This document shows positions 52,717 through 64,000 of a stretch of 64,000 nucleotides of DNA, piece by piece. Both the position numbers and the translations under genes were made by a program. The DNA comes from Octopus sinensis (lineage: Eukaryota): positions 108,314,001 through 108,378,000 of the forward strand of contig NC_042999.1 of NCBI RefSeq assembly GCF_006345805.1, written 5' to 3'. The notes beneath the pieces were generated by a model. That model saw only the letters and a program-made list of their open reading frames with translations, was not told the origin of the DNA and did no database searches. Within the stretch, counting starts at the first letter, position 1, and every line of letters begins with the position of its first letter.

Positions 52717-53070
52717 GGTTGTTTGGTTAAGAAGTTCATTTCACAGCTATGTGGTTTGGGGCTCAGTCCCACTGCACAGCATCTTGGTTAAGTGTTTTCT
52801 ACTATAGCTTTGAAGTAACCGATGCTTTGTAAGCTAAATTCGTTGATGGAAACTGTGCAGAAGCCTATGATCAGTGTGTGTCTGTATGTGTGTGTTTCTT
52901 TGTTTCTATCTCCTGCGTCTCGACAATGATGCTGGTTGGCCAAAACAGACTGATAAAATATGTATCAGATTAAAAAAAGAAGTACTGTGGTGGATTTGAT
53001 CAACTGAAAATCATCCCTTCTAAGTGATGCTCCAGCAGGGTTACAGTTCAGTGATTGAAACAAGTGGAAG
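52717..53070 (+). mobile_element. Same SINE family, older copy
   Basis: Degenerate head, (TG)n and tail GCTCCAGCAGGGTTACAG..GAAACAAGTGGAAG. Confidence 0.75.
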
Positions 53071-55382
53071 AATGAAAGACTACAATGGATAATGAGTATT
53101 TGTCTATTCTTTAAGATCTTTGATGAAATTTTTAAAACTATTTAGCTGCTATTTCTAACAGGGCAAGTGACTACATTGCAACTCCCACTTTGACTCCGTT
53201 AAGATGGTGATTATGTTTACATCCATATATAGTGATTATTTACAATTCTCTTTACATTTCAGAAATATTTCAAAGTTCTTTTAATATTCTATTATAGTTC
53301 TTTTCTTCTTACTAACACCAATTGTTAATCATATTACATTTTTATAGTATTTGCTTTCATAATATAAGAAATTAATTGTATCAAAATATTACTTCAAAAT
53401 AGCTCTTTAATTTAATTACCTCTATATCACTTTGGCTTTGATATTACAGCATTGTCTTTGGCCATCTAGCCAATAAAAGCGGTCAATAAAAGATTAGCTT
53501 TGTAATGGCATTTACTTAAATAAACTGAACTAATTTATAAAATTTCAGAGGCTTCATAATCAATATTAGCTTCGGATAAAAGATACAACTCATCACTTCT
53601 TACTTCAGAATTTTAGAAAAATATTTTTTGTGATTATAACTGACAAGATGGAATATTATTTATACCCTGGTATGGACCTTTCTCAGCAGAAATACAAATG
53701 AGATTTCATTGCACAGATTAGGGGATTCATTTAAAGTTTGAAAAAGGTTAGTATTCTGTGTCAGCCCATAGGATAGAAAGATAATCTGTAAGCTGGCCAT
53801 TCTTATAATGAAGAATAGAAGAACATGTAACTCAGTGAGTTGGCTGAGTCGTTAGAGCATCACAGTATTTGCTCTTATCCTATATGTTCTAATTTCAAAT
53901 CCTGCCAGAAACCTCTGATGAGGATAATGTGATTTCACTACTCAGATCTTTAAAGATTCATGTTATTCCATATGCATATGATATTATGGGACCTTATTGT
54001 ATAACATACATGATTATGGCAGCAGTTATTGTCCATCTGAAATAGTTGTAAAGATAAGAGTATGACATCATTCCTTTTGTTTATTTGCTGGTGTTACCTG
54101 GCCTGGACGAAGATATTGGAGTTTTTTTGATTTATCTGAAAACTACTTGGTGACTATCCATACCATGCTTGCTTCAGTGTTTTCCAACACACTCTTTATA
54201 TGCATATATATATATGTTCATATTTATTTATCTATTTATTTATTTATATAATATATATAATCATTTAACATCCATGTTGGCATGGGGTAAATGGTTTGAC
54301 AGGACCTGACAGGTTCAAGAATTGCATCATGTAGAAATGTCTGCTTTTGCATAGTTTCTACAGCCAAATGCCTTTTCTAAAAGTGACCACTTTACAGCAT
54401 TTACTGGGTGCTCTTTCCATGATATCAGCACTTATCAGCTGGCAAAACTAGGGCCCCTTTTGACTGAGTGGGGCTACAGTATAAAAATAAGTGAGTGTAT
54501 ACTAAGAGATAAGGGGTAAAGTATGAGAGAACAAGTCAGGACAGAATATAGATGCATACATACACATATGTATATATTCATACAAAGAGAGAAAGAAAGA
54601 TGTAGTGATGCTGATTATCAATAATATGGCTGAAGAAAAATACCTCAGAGAAGAGTTCTGCATATTAATACAATGGAAGTTGGATAGCGTGTTTGAATTG
54701 TGTTGTCCAGGGATTTCTTTCCATCTATTATCAAAGATAAAAGATTTGGCTTCATCTATAGTTTCAGCATTTAATGTTCAGAGTCTGTATGAAATGGGAG
54801 AAGAAATGAGGTGATATGGCCCTGAAGGTATATGTATTATGTTTGTAATTGCTTCTTAACAGAAATTCAGAGACAAAGTATTAGATTAAGCTGGTTTAAA
54901 TAGCTGACAGAATTCATACTTTAAACATCTCAATTCTCTAGACAAAATTCAGACAAGAGTACCTCAACTTGGTCTCTCATCTTAAGAATTCTTCTCAAAT
55001 AGCATCCTACTGATTTAGGGCTTAAAGGAATTATACTTTGAATTATGTGGTTCTAAATACAATATGTCTGAATAGGATGGTCATAACTGGATCTATACAA
55101 TAAAAGTTGATCAGAAGCTACATGTCAATAACATATTTGTGTTAAGTTATAACCATAACTCTAGTTGAATATATTTGTTCTATTAGATAGGTAAGTTAAT
55201 ATTGTAACTAAACTATATTCAAGCTACACTACATCGGTTTAATATTCCTTCATGCTTTCAGTGCATTGAGTATGTCAATAACACTAGTATGTAAAGCACA
55301 GTATTTCAGCTGTTCTAGTACAGGGCAATTATGAAAAGACAGGAGCAGCTGACTCCCCTAACCTCAGTACTTGACTAGTACT

Positions 55383-55600
55383 TATGAGGGGGTGTTGAAA
55401 AGTTCCTGGCTTTAAGGGTATCACAAAAGGCCCGGTTAGAGGCCCAACCTTCCAAATTCTTTTACAAGGCTTAGAAAAACTGAAAGACCACTGCAATAAG
55501 TGGGTCAGTCTGAGAGGGAATATGTTGAATAAAATCATAATTAACTGATTCTCCTGTATTTTCTTTTAGCCAAAATCAGGAACTTTCCAGCACCCACTTA
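55383..55600 (-). mobile_element. About 220-bp mariner-type MITE, copy 3 (opposite orientation)
   Basis: TATGAGGGGGTGTTGAAAAGTTCCTGGCTTT ... CAGGAACTTTCCAGCACCC; interior is the reverse complement of the other two copies. Confidence 0.85.
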
Positions 55601-56615
55601 AATGATAACAGTTTAATTTTCTGAACATTTTATAATTTAACTTCTTGCAGTAACAGAATAACCTTTGGCTTCACTCTTTAACAGGTGATCATGTTTTCAA
55701 GTTTTGTTTAATCAGAAATATAAATAAATGTTTATTTTTCATAAATAATGACATATCATTTATATTATTTATTGTAATAATGACATAGTATTAGTAATAA
55801 TGACAATTTGGGAAATTGATTATGATAATGATGATGATGTCTAGGATATTCCGAAAGATTTGATTGACAAACCGCGTGTTATAAATTTGTCTGAAATGGA
55901 GCTGTCCAAATCCAGTCAACAAAGCAATTTCTAACTTTGACACAAGATCACAATTTTAAGAAGTGAGAAGTTGATTAATTTAGCCACAATGCTTGACTAG
56001 TGTTTTAACAACCCTGATAGATTAAAAAGTAAAGTTGGCCCCAGCATGATTTAAACTGAACTTAGCATTTCACCTTTCAATTTATTAGCAATGATAACAA
56101 AATATGTTACAATATCTTGATTGACTATGAATGATTCAAAATCAGTTTGGTGTAGTATCTCTTGAAAATGCTGCTTAAATCTGCAATTTTCTGGAAAAAA
56201 AATTTCACAATCCTTGAAATTAAAATATATAATATAAGACATTTAGTAGAACAATACTTCACCAATAGTTATTTGTGTATTTTATCAGTGCTTCTTGTTT
56301 ACAATAGGTTTCCTGTCATATCTCTCATTTCAAAAATAACATTCAACCATTGTTTAAAGCACTGTAGCAAATGATAATTCACATAATACCATTAGTTCAG
56401 ATTTAAGCAATGGAGTTTACCAAAAGAAATAAAATGAAAAAGAAAAAAGAATTCCATTTTATCTCCTTTGTTTCACTTTTACTTTGTAAATTACCATTAA
56501 ACAGAATAATAAATTATCATCTCTATGACAGTTTGAAAGTCAACTTAGTTTAGTTGTTTTAGAATCCTGAATTTAATCACTTGCTCTTATTGACACCTCA
56601 ATATTTGTTTCTTAG

Positions 56616-56757
56616 GAAAAATATTTCTTTAAATGGAGAGAAAAAAGAGCAAATTTAGGGAAATTACAAAATAACTTAGTCAAAGCTTTGACAGTATTGT
56701 CAGATGCGTCTGCTAATGAAAAGCTGCTCTTTGCACTGTGTAGCCAAGAAATGAAAG
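56616..56757 (+). CDS. Candidate internal exon (unverified)
   Basis: Acceptor TATTTGTTTCTTAG|, open for 47 codons (EKYFFKWREKRANLGKLQNNLVKALTVLSDASANEKLLFALCSQEMK), weak donor G|GTTGAC. No homology recognised. Confidence 0.2.
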
Positions 56758-59074
56758 GTTGACATTAGAATTTATATATTTGTTTCCACAAGTGCTAATG
56801 TTTGTGAATTTTCTCATATAACTACTGCTCATGGTTTCTTCAAAACAAAGTTTAATGCTTTCTTATTTTTAAAAATTTATTTTTCTGTTTGATAAAACTT
56901 TGAATTGTTATAGCATAAATTATCCTCTTTTCCTTTCATCCACTAAAAGGCACTTTCTGCTCTTCGTTATTGCTGACAAAAATGTTCACTAAATAAAATT
57001 TAATGCTACAGTTCTAATATTTTCTATCTTCGTTTTTTTGTATTTTAAACAATGATGACTGGAACACATTAGCATATATTTGAGTATTTTATTATTTATG
57101 TTTTTTCCTCTAATTACAATAGATTTGCTGATTTCTATTTAAAATGGATAATTCATCTACAAACCATTTTTTCTAGCTCACTATCAATGTAATTGGTTTA
57201 TATTCAAGGATGTGGAATTTGATAGGCTCCCTGTTTGAAGTAACACCATCTTTACAAATCTTTCAGTTATTTTCTTGAAAGCTAATCAATCAGCATACAA
57301 TTAGCAGTTTAATTATTTAACAGGATAGCTTTCTGGTGTGTTTATTACAGTCCAACTTCACATTCTTTTTTTTTTTTTTACATCTTCTGCACTATAATCT
57401 ATTATGTCATTGTGACTCTACTGAATATGTTATTCGACTGTTAGATGAAACCTTTTCTTCACACATGTAATACTCCAAGCACACACTTAAAATTAGATGA
57501 TGGAAGATGAATTACTTTTTAATGGGATACTAATTTGTGTGAAAGAAACTCAGCCCCTCAATTTTATTTTCAATCTCACTAAATTGTAAAATAAAATGCA
57601 TTGCTTAAAGGTATTTATTGAAAAAATTGATTAAGCCCATAACTAGTTTCTAAATGTTCATTCAGTCTGCATATATCAGATAAACTACTTCCTTGCATTT
57701 TGTTGTATATAAGCAGCCCTCGTGATTGGCAACAGATAGAAAATAGAATGTGTCTTAATTCCAATTGTGCCCATTTTCCTATAAATTTCTTGTATATGTT
57801 AGTTAAGTAGTGCTAATATTCATTTAATATCTATTTATCCATACTAAATAGTGAAAGTTTTGAGCTTAGGGATGCAACTTAAGAAAATCTTCCTCTACAA
57901 TACTATTGTGCTGTAACAAACTGGTAAACTTTACCTTCTTGTGATATTTATATAAGGATTGTTTAGAATTAAATGGTTTATGGCCATCAACACAGCACAG
58001 GTGATGGGTTACAAACTAAAACACTTTGCTTAATAAGGTTTAGCCATCTGTGATCTCCATATGTAATTAGGTTTCTTAACAGCTTGTTCAACTGCAACTT
58101 CCAGATGTGTCTGGATTGCTTTATAATCTATTATATTATTGGATTTCATTCAGTTTGGATTTCACTAGATCTATCACCATCACATCATTATAATTATTAT
58201 AGTTTCATAAAATTTGGCTGACTGTAATCTCCAGATGTATTTAGATTACTTGACAAAAAATGGTAAACTGTGAACTTCAAACATAATTAGTTTGCCCATC
58301 TCTATGTCCCAGACATAACAAAATACGAAATTACTTAGAACTATATTTTAATAGTGTTTTAATTATGATTACATATTTTAAAGTTATATGAGCTATTTGA
58401 CTTAGTGTATCTTTGACAGAAGAAGCAATTAATCCTAGCATAATGAATAAGCTGTTCTTCCTTAAGAATCCTTATATTTAAAGAGTTTGAATATTCTATA
58501 AGACATCATTGAATTATGTAACAAATTTCAGACTACATATTTTTTTTATCAGGTTCACTTGTATTAAATTGTCTTTTTCATTTTTGGTGTGTGTGTGTAT
58601 CGGCGAGGGTACATTAAGATAATAGTGGCTATGTAGCCAGGAAATGTTAAAAGAGTAGTGTTATTGGGTTCTTAAATGTTGGTTTCTTGCCTTATTTTTC
58701 TTTTTAGCTCTGTTTGCATGGTTTTAAATAAATTATATCAATCTTCCACAGAAATAGAAATCAATCTACTGCTGGTTAAAAAAAAATCTTCCCAGATATT
58801 TTGAATCTTATTCCAGACAACTTGTGTCAACTGTAATATGTACAACAGAGTGCTCTTCTCATTTTCACATGATGACTTGGCATGGTTGTATGGTTAAGAA
58901 GCTTACTTCCCAACTACATGGTTTGGAGTTCCATTCCACTGCATGACAGATTGGTCAAGTGCCTTCTACTATGGCCCCAGTCTGACCAAAGACTTGTAAG
59001 TTGAACCAGTAGATGGAAACTGAAATAAACCCACCATATATGTATATATATATATAGAGAGAGAGAGAGGCGTG

Positions 59075-59405
59075 AAGGCACGTGGCTCAGTGGTTAGAGC
59101 GTTGAGCTTACAATCGTGAGATTATGAGCTTGAATCCCGGACAGGGCTGCATGTTGTGTTCTTGAGCAAGACACTTTATTTCACGTTGCTCCAGTTCACT
59201 CAGCTGTAGAAATGAGGTGTGATGTCACAGGTGCCAAGCTGCATCGGCCATTGCCTTTCCCTTGGATAACACTGGTAACATGGAGAGAGGAGGCCGGTAT
59301 GCATGGACGACTGCTGGTCTTCCATAAAACAACCTTGCCCAGACTTGTGCCTCAGAGGGTAACTTTCTAGGTGCAAGCCCATGGTCAATGTCTGACCGAA
59401 GGGGG

Positions 59406-59407
<2 letters not shown>
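59075..59407 (+). mobile_element. tRNA-derived SINE with TGTTCTTGAGCAAGACACTTTATTTCACGTTGCTCC core
   Basis: A-box-like TGGCTCAGTGGTTAG; homologous to 42775-43052 and 62866-63160. Confidence 0.85.
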
Positions 59408-59450
<43 letters not shown>

Positions 59451-59451
59451 G

Positions 59452-59870
59452 AGGCACAGGAGTGGCTGTGTGGTAAGAAGCTTGCTTCCCAACCACATGG
59501 CTCTGGGTTAAGTCCTACTGCATTGCACTACTATAGCCTCAGGCCAACCAAAGCCTTGTGTGTGGATTTGGTTGACAGAAACTGAAAGAAGCCCATCGTA
59601 TATATATATTTGTGTGTGTGTGTGTGTCTTTGTCTATATATATGTGTATGTATGTCTTTGTGTGTATGTTGGTTCCCTCCACCATTGCTTGACAACCAAT
59701 GTTGGTGTGTTTACGTTCCCATAACATAGCAGTTCAGCAAAAGAGATTGATAGAATAAGTTCTAGGCTTACAAAGAATAAGACCTGGGGGTCGCTTTTTT
59801 TTTTTTTTTGGCTAAAGGTAGAGATCCAGCTTGGCCGCATTCAAATAACGGACACAAGTAAAGAATAAAA
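59452..59870 (+). mobile_element. Same SINE family, near full length
   Basis: GGAGTGGCTGTGTGGTAAGAAGCTTGCTTCCCAACCACATGG ... ACAAGTAAAAGAATAAAA. Confidence 0.88.
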
Positions 59871-59872
59871 AC

Positions 59873-59922
<50 letters not shown>

Positions 59923-61879
59923 TTGAATGTGTATATTTATGTCTTTTGCCTTGACATAACATGATAGTTGTATAGTTGTAAATAAGTGTTACTTGCCCTG
60001 TGCCAGTGGCACATACAAAGCACCATTCAAGGTGCCATCTGACTGGGACCTGTGCTGGTAGTATGTAAAAAGCAACATTTGAGTGTTGGGCCTCTTGGAC
60101 GCAGTGACAGGTGACCAAAACCTTTGGTGATATACCGTGCTTGTGTAGACCTGTCAAACCAAGTGAGACCATAATCATTGCTGACGCCAGTGTCAGGTCA
60201 ATGGCACACATGTTGGCAGCACATAAAAAACATTCACTACACTCTCGGAGCAGTTGGCATTAGAAAAGGGCATCCTACCATAGAAACCTTGCCAAATGAA
60301 ATTGGAAACTGGTGCAGCCTCCTGGCTTACCAGTTTTCAGTCAAACTGTCCAACCCATGCCAGCATGGAAAGCAGACATTAAATGATGATGATAATGTAA
60401 TACAAGCAGTGTCATTTGTTTCCAATATTCTTCAAAAATATGTCTGGTCATGGGGAAATATTATTTTGCTTGGAAATATGAGAGCTGGCAACAGGAAGGA
60501 CATCTGGCCATAAAAAAATTTGCATTAATCAAATCCATCTGACTCATACAAGCATGGAAAAGTGGACATTCAAATGATGATGATGCCCAAACCCATTATT
60601 TATTTCTCTCCATATGAAAGAAATGAGTATTAATAATATGTCCTCCTGTAAGGTGTTGATATGAAATAATTGTATGGCTCTAAACCCCAGCCTTTCTAAC
60701 CTAAAACATTATTATGATTATTAATTAAACAAAAAAAAAAGCATTTAAAACTATTATCAAAAAGAAAATAATTCAACAGGTGATTTTGTTTTATTTACTC
60801 AAATTTAAAATAATTATAAAAATCATTGTTTCAAATTGTTTCTGCTCTACATTCAAAAGTAAATCAAATTCACAGAATTTGTTTTGTATTAACATGAAAT
60901 GAAAAATATTTCTCTGATTTAATTTAATATCAGTGAAATAAACATAAAGCAGTGTTAACTCCATACAAATGGAATGAGCTTTGTCTTACATATTTTTTTA
61001 TATCCATTTACCTTAGATAGAACAGATTGGAAATATTGTTGTCACTGTTCTATATTTAACCTCACATTTTTGATGCCAGCTAATTCAATAGTCAACTAGA
61101 TATGAAACCTATATTATGATAGGTTAACGTAAGTAGAAATGTAGGTATAATATATTCTAACAGCACTTTTCTGTCCAAACACTACAAATCTTAGAATTTT
61201 TATAGGTATTAAATGAAAAAAAGAGAGTATTGAATAGCCTATTAATTACTTTTCAATTCCACTAATCTATATCAAATATTCAATTTATTATACAAATTAA
61301 TTAAAACATCATAAAAAGTTTTAATATCCTACTTTCATGAAAAATGAAAGAAATTTACCTTAATACATTTTTATTGATAAAATTATTTAAGAATTTGTTT
61401 AGATACTTCCATTGTTGTTCTGTTTTAGTATTCATAGGGTGTTAAAGGTTGCTTTTAATATTCCTAATTATAATCTTCTCAAAGGCTAAACTTAATTTAG
61501 ATTCATTTAGGCCTTAATTACAAATCACACAGAGAACTTGGTTATTGTTCTCAATGACCATTCTAGCTTGTGTCACAACCAGCTTATTTTTCTATTATAT
61601 GAACATTCTGTGTTGCTTTTAATTACTATTTCCTTTCTTACTTCAAAATTCACATTACGCATTCAGTAAATAATATTCACCCTCTATTTCTCTACTCTCC
61701 ACCACCATATTGTATTTTTGATGTTTGTGAATTTTTTTGTTTCTATTGAAAAAGAATACTTTACTTGACATAATGTTTTAAATACTTCAGTCACTCTCAT
61801 TATAATTATCGTTAAGGTGGCAAATTGGTAGAATTGTTAGTGCGTTAAGCAAAATGCTTAGTGGCATTTCTTTCTCTCT

Positions 61880-62290
61880 TTTACTCTTTTACTTGTTTCA
61901 GTCATTTGTCTGTGGCCATGCTGGAGTACTGCTTTTAGTCGAGCAAATCGACCCCCAGGACTTATTCTTTGTAAGCCTAGTACTTATTCTATAGTTCTCT
62001 TTTGCCGAACCACTAAGTTACAGGGATGTAAACACACCTGCATCGGTTGTCAAGCGATGTTGGGGGAACAAATACAGACACACAAACATATACACACACA
62101 CACACATATATATATATACATATATATGACAGGCTTCTTTCAGTTTCCGTCTACCAAATCTACTCACAAGGCTTTGGTCGGCCCAAGGCTATAGTAGAAG
62201 ACACTTGCCCAAGATGCCACGCAGTGGGACTGAACCCAGAACCATGTGGTTGGCAAGCAAGCTACTAACCACACAGTGTCTCCTATGCCT
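61880..62290 (-). mobile_element. Same SINE family, full-length minus-strand copy
   Basis: Reverse complement of 59452-59870 along its length. Confidence 0.88.
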
Positions 62291-62830
62291 CTGTTTACAT
62301 ATGGATTTCAAATCCTGTCAAGGTCATCTTTCCATTCTTTTGGAGTTGATAAAATAAGTACCAGTCAAATACTGGAATCAATATAATCAATCTTGCACCT
62401 TCCACTTAAAATTGCTGGCCTTACACCAAAATTCGAATTTTTTGCTAATATTAAGGCAATGAACAAGCAGAATCATTGGTATATCAAACAAAATGTTTTC
62501 AGATTTTTACATTCTTTGTTCAAATTTTGTCAAAGTCCGCTTTACTTTTGATCCTTTCAGGCTCAATATAATAAGCTCCAATTAAACACTGGGATCAATA
62601 TAATTGACTTCACCCCCTCCCCTAAAACTGCCAGCCTTCAGCCAAAATTTGAAATCTTTATTATTATTGTTAGTAGTGAACTTAAAGAATCATTAGCATG
62701 TCAGACAAAATGCTTAGTGGTATTTCCACCTACTCTTTACTTTCCTTACTTTGCCCATAATTATTTCAGGGTCAGTAAAATAAAATAGTGTTGGGGGTGC
62801 AGTGGAGTGCTGACCTTGTGCCACAATTTG
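62290..62830 (+). mobile_element. Tandemly stacked copies of the same SINE-like repeat
   Basis: Repeated GATAAAATAAGTACC/ATAATAAGCTCC..CTGG.ATCAATATAAT..AAAATTGCTGGCCTT..CCAAAATT units. Confidence 0.65.
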
Positions 62831-62865
62831 ACACTATTATTATTAGTACTATTATTATTATTATG

Positions 62866-63160
62866 ATGGCACATGGTTCAGTGGTTAGGGTGTTAGACTC
62901 ACAATCATGAGGTAGTGAGTTCAGTCCTGGACCGAGCTTGTGTTCTTGATCAAAACACTAATTTCTTGTTGCTTATAGGAATGAGTTGTGATGTCACTGG
63001 TGCCAAGCTGTATCAGCCTTTGCTTTTCCCTTAGATAATGTCAGTGGCATGGAGAGTGGGGTGCTGGTATGCATGGGTGACTGCTGATCTTCCATAAACA
63101 ACCTTGCCTTAATTTGTGCCTCAGAGGGGAACTTTCTAGGTGCAACCCTGCGAGGGGTCC
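62866..63160 (+). mobile_element. Same core-domain SINE family
   Basis: GGCACATGGTTCAGTGGTTAGGG ... GAACTTTCTAGGTGCAA. Confidence 0.82.
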
Positions 63161-63169
63161 TTTTTTCTT

Positions 63170-64000
63170 TTTGTTACTATCATGTTTTCATTGTTGGTGC
63201 TGCTTTGTTTTATACAAACTGTTTCACCCAAAAACCTCAAGAGACAGCAAGTTGGACATTTTCTCTGTTGGTGTTATTTATGAATAACAATTATATATTT
63301 CGGGCAAAATACTTGAAATCAAAATTTCACAAAAAGTCTGTCGCAATATTTGCAATTTTGAAAGAGTATAAAATATTCACATACTCTTAAACTGACAGTA
63401 TTTTTCTTAGAATTTGGTTCGTATCCATGAGAGAAATTTATTGTTGTTTTGATACTTTTAAGTTTCCAGTATTTGACCATGGTATTTAAAAGCGCTGTTA
63501 AATATCACCAAACATCTGATGATCACGGGAACAATTGTTGTTTGTAGATGACACATTTTTAAGACCTTTATTTCAAGGTCTTTGTATTTATTTAACTTTT
63601 CAAATCATATATTTTCACAGTGATGTTGCAGTCTGCTGAGATTGACATATTTATGAGAAAACATGTTTCATCAACATTGTTTTTCCCACACAATGTATTG
63701 TCTATTGGCCTGAATAGCTCAATCAGTTCTACTACTAAAGTCCCAAAGAATGGTGATATTTTTATTTTCTCCTACTTCAAGAGGCTTATATTCCTATCAG
63801 TCTTTCTCAAATAGGAGTCCAAACTGATGGTATATGATCCAGTGCAAAAAACTGCCCAATCTATTTAGGTGATTAGTATACTCATTTGAAGATAACATAA
63901 AATAGCCTGAAATGAAGAGGTCAAATTTTTCTCTGGTTACATCACAAAAGTGGCAGGTAGGATCAGCAGCATTTTGAAGACAGTTGGCTTGATAGTTTCT
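63170..64000 (-). mobile_element. Decayed Dong/R4-type non-LTR retrotransposon (CCHC knuckle plus restriction-like endonuclease), runs off the window end
   Basis: Minus strand, with frameshifts: DPTCHFCD..IGQFLHW..GENKNITILWDF..AIQANRQYIV..TCFLINMSI..KYKDLEI..IVPVII..QILRKILSV* (stop near 63388). Matches ILWD, NRPDIV and KYKDL motifs of R4/Dong RLE domains. Confidence 0.85.

Noticed and set aside
53650-56230. Chain of minus-strand exon candidates (56223-56085, 54135-54098, 54036-54010, about 53785-53680)
   Set aside because: Phases can be made compatible, but donors are weak, the spliced product resembles nothing I know, and such chains are easy to build in AT-rich DNA.
63620-63814. Plus-strand ORF or exon candidate as a host gene
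   Set aside because: Lies antisense to clear Dong/R4 endonuclease motifs, which explain the sequence.

Overview
Eukaryotic, visibly AT-rich, microsatellite-saturated animal DNA. The tRNA-derived SINE families, (GAT)n-tailed retroposons and TTAGGG motif fit an octopus or other coleoid cephalopod genome; this is inference, with no database check. I recognise no intact host gene. The window reads as intergenic or giant-intron sequence filled with transposon debris: mariner transposase remnants, mariner/Tigger/piggyBac-type MITEs, Penelope-like RT and GIY-YIG fragments, RTE, CR1 and Dong/R4-type LINE pieces, and dozens of SINE copies. Almost all ORFs in the supplied track are artefacts of microsatellites or repeats. 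The only clearly protein-homologous ORFs are transposon-derived, and the 3' part of a CR1-type LINE (49897-50667) is still fully open. I cannot demonstrate a new biological system. The strongest unexplained signals are: (i) a repeat-spacer array of six TATGTTGAC cores with unrelated 14-19 nt spacers (16887-17030), possibly a forkhead-site cluster; (ii) four fold-back inverted repeats whose mismatches lean towards G-U pairs on the + strand; (iii) a 429-bp TIR element with a 7-bp TSD carrying telomeric TTAGGG and G-quadruplex sequence; (iv) a few isolated candidate exons, including a signal-peptide-like first exon.
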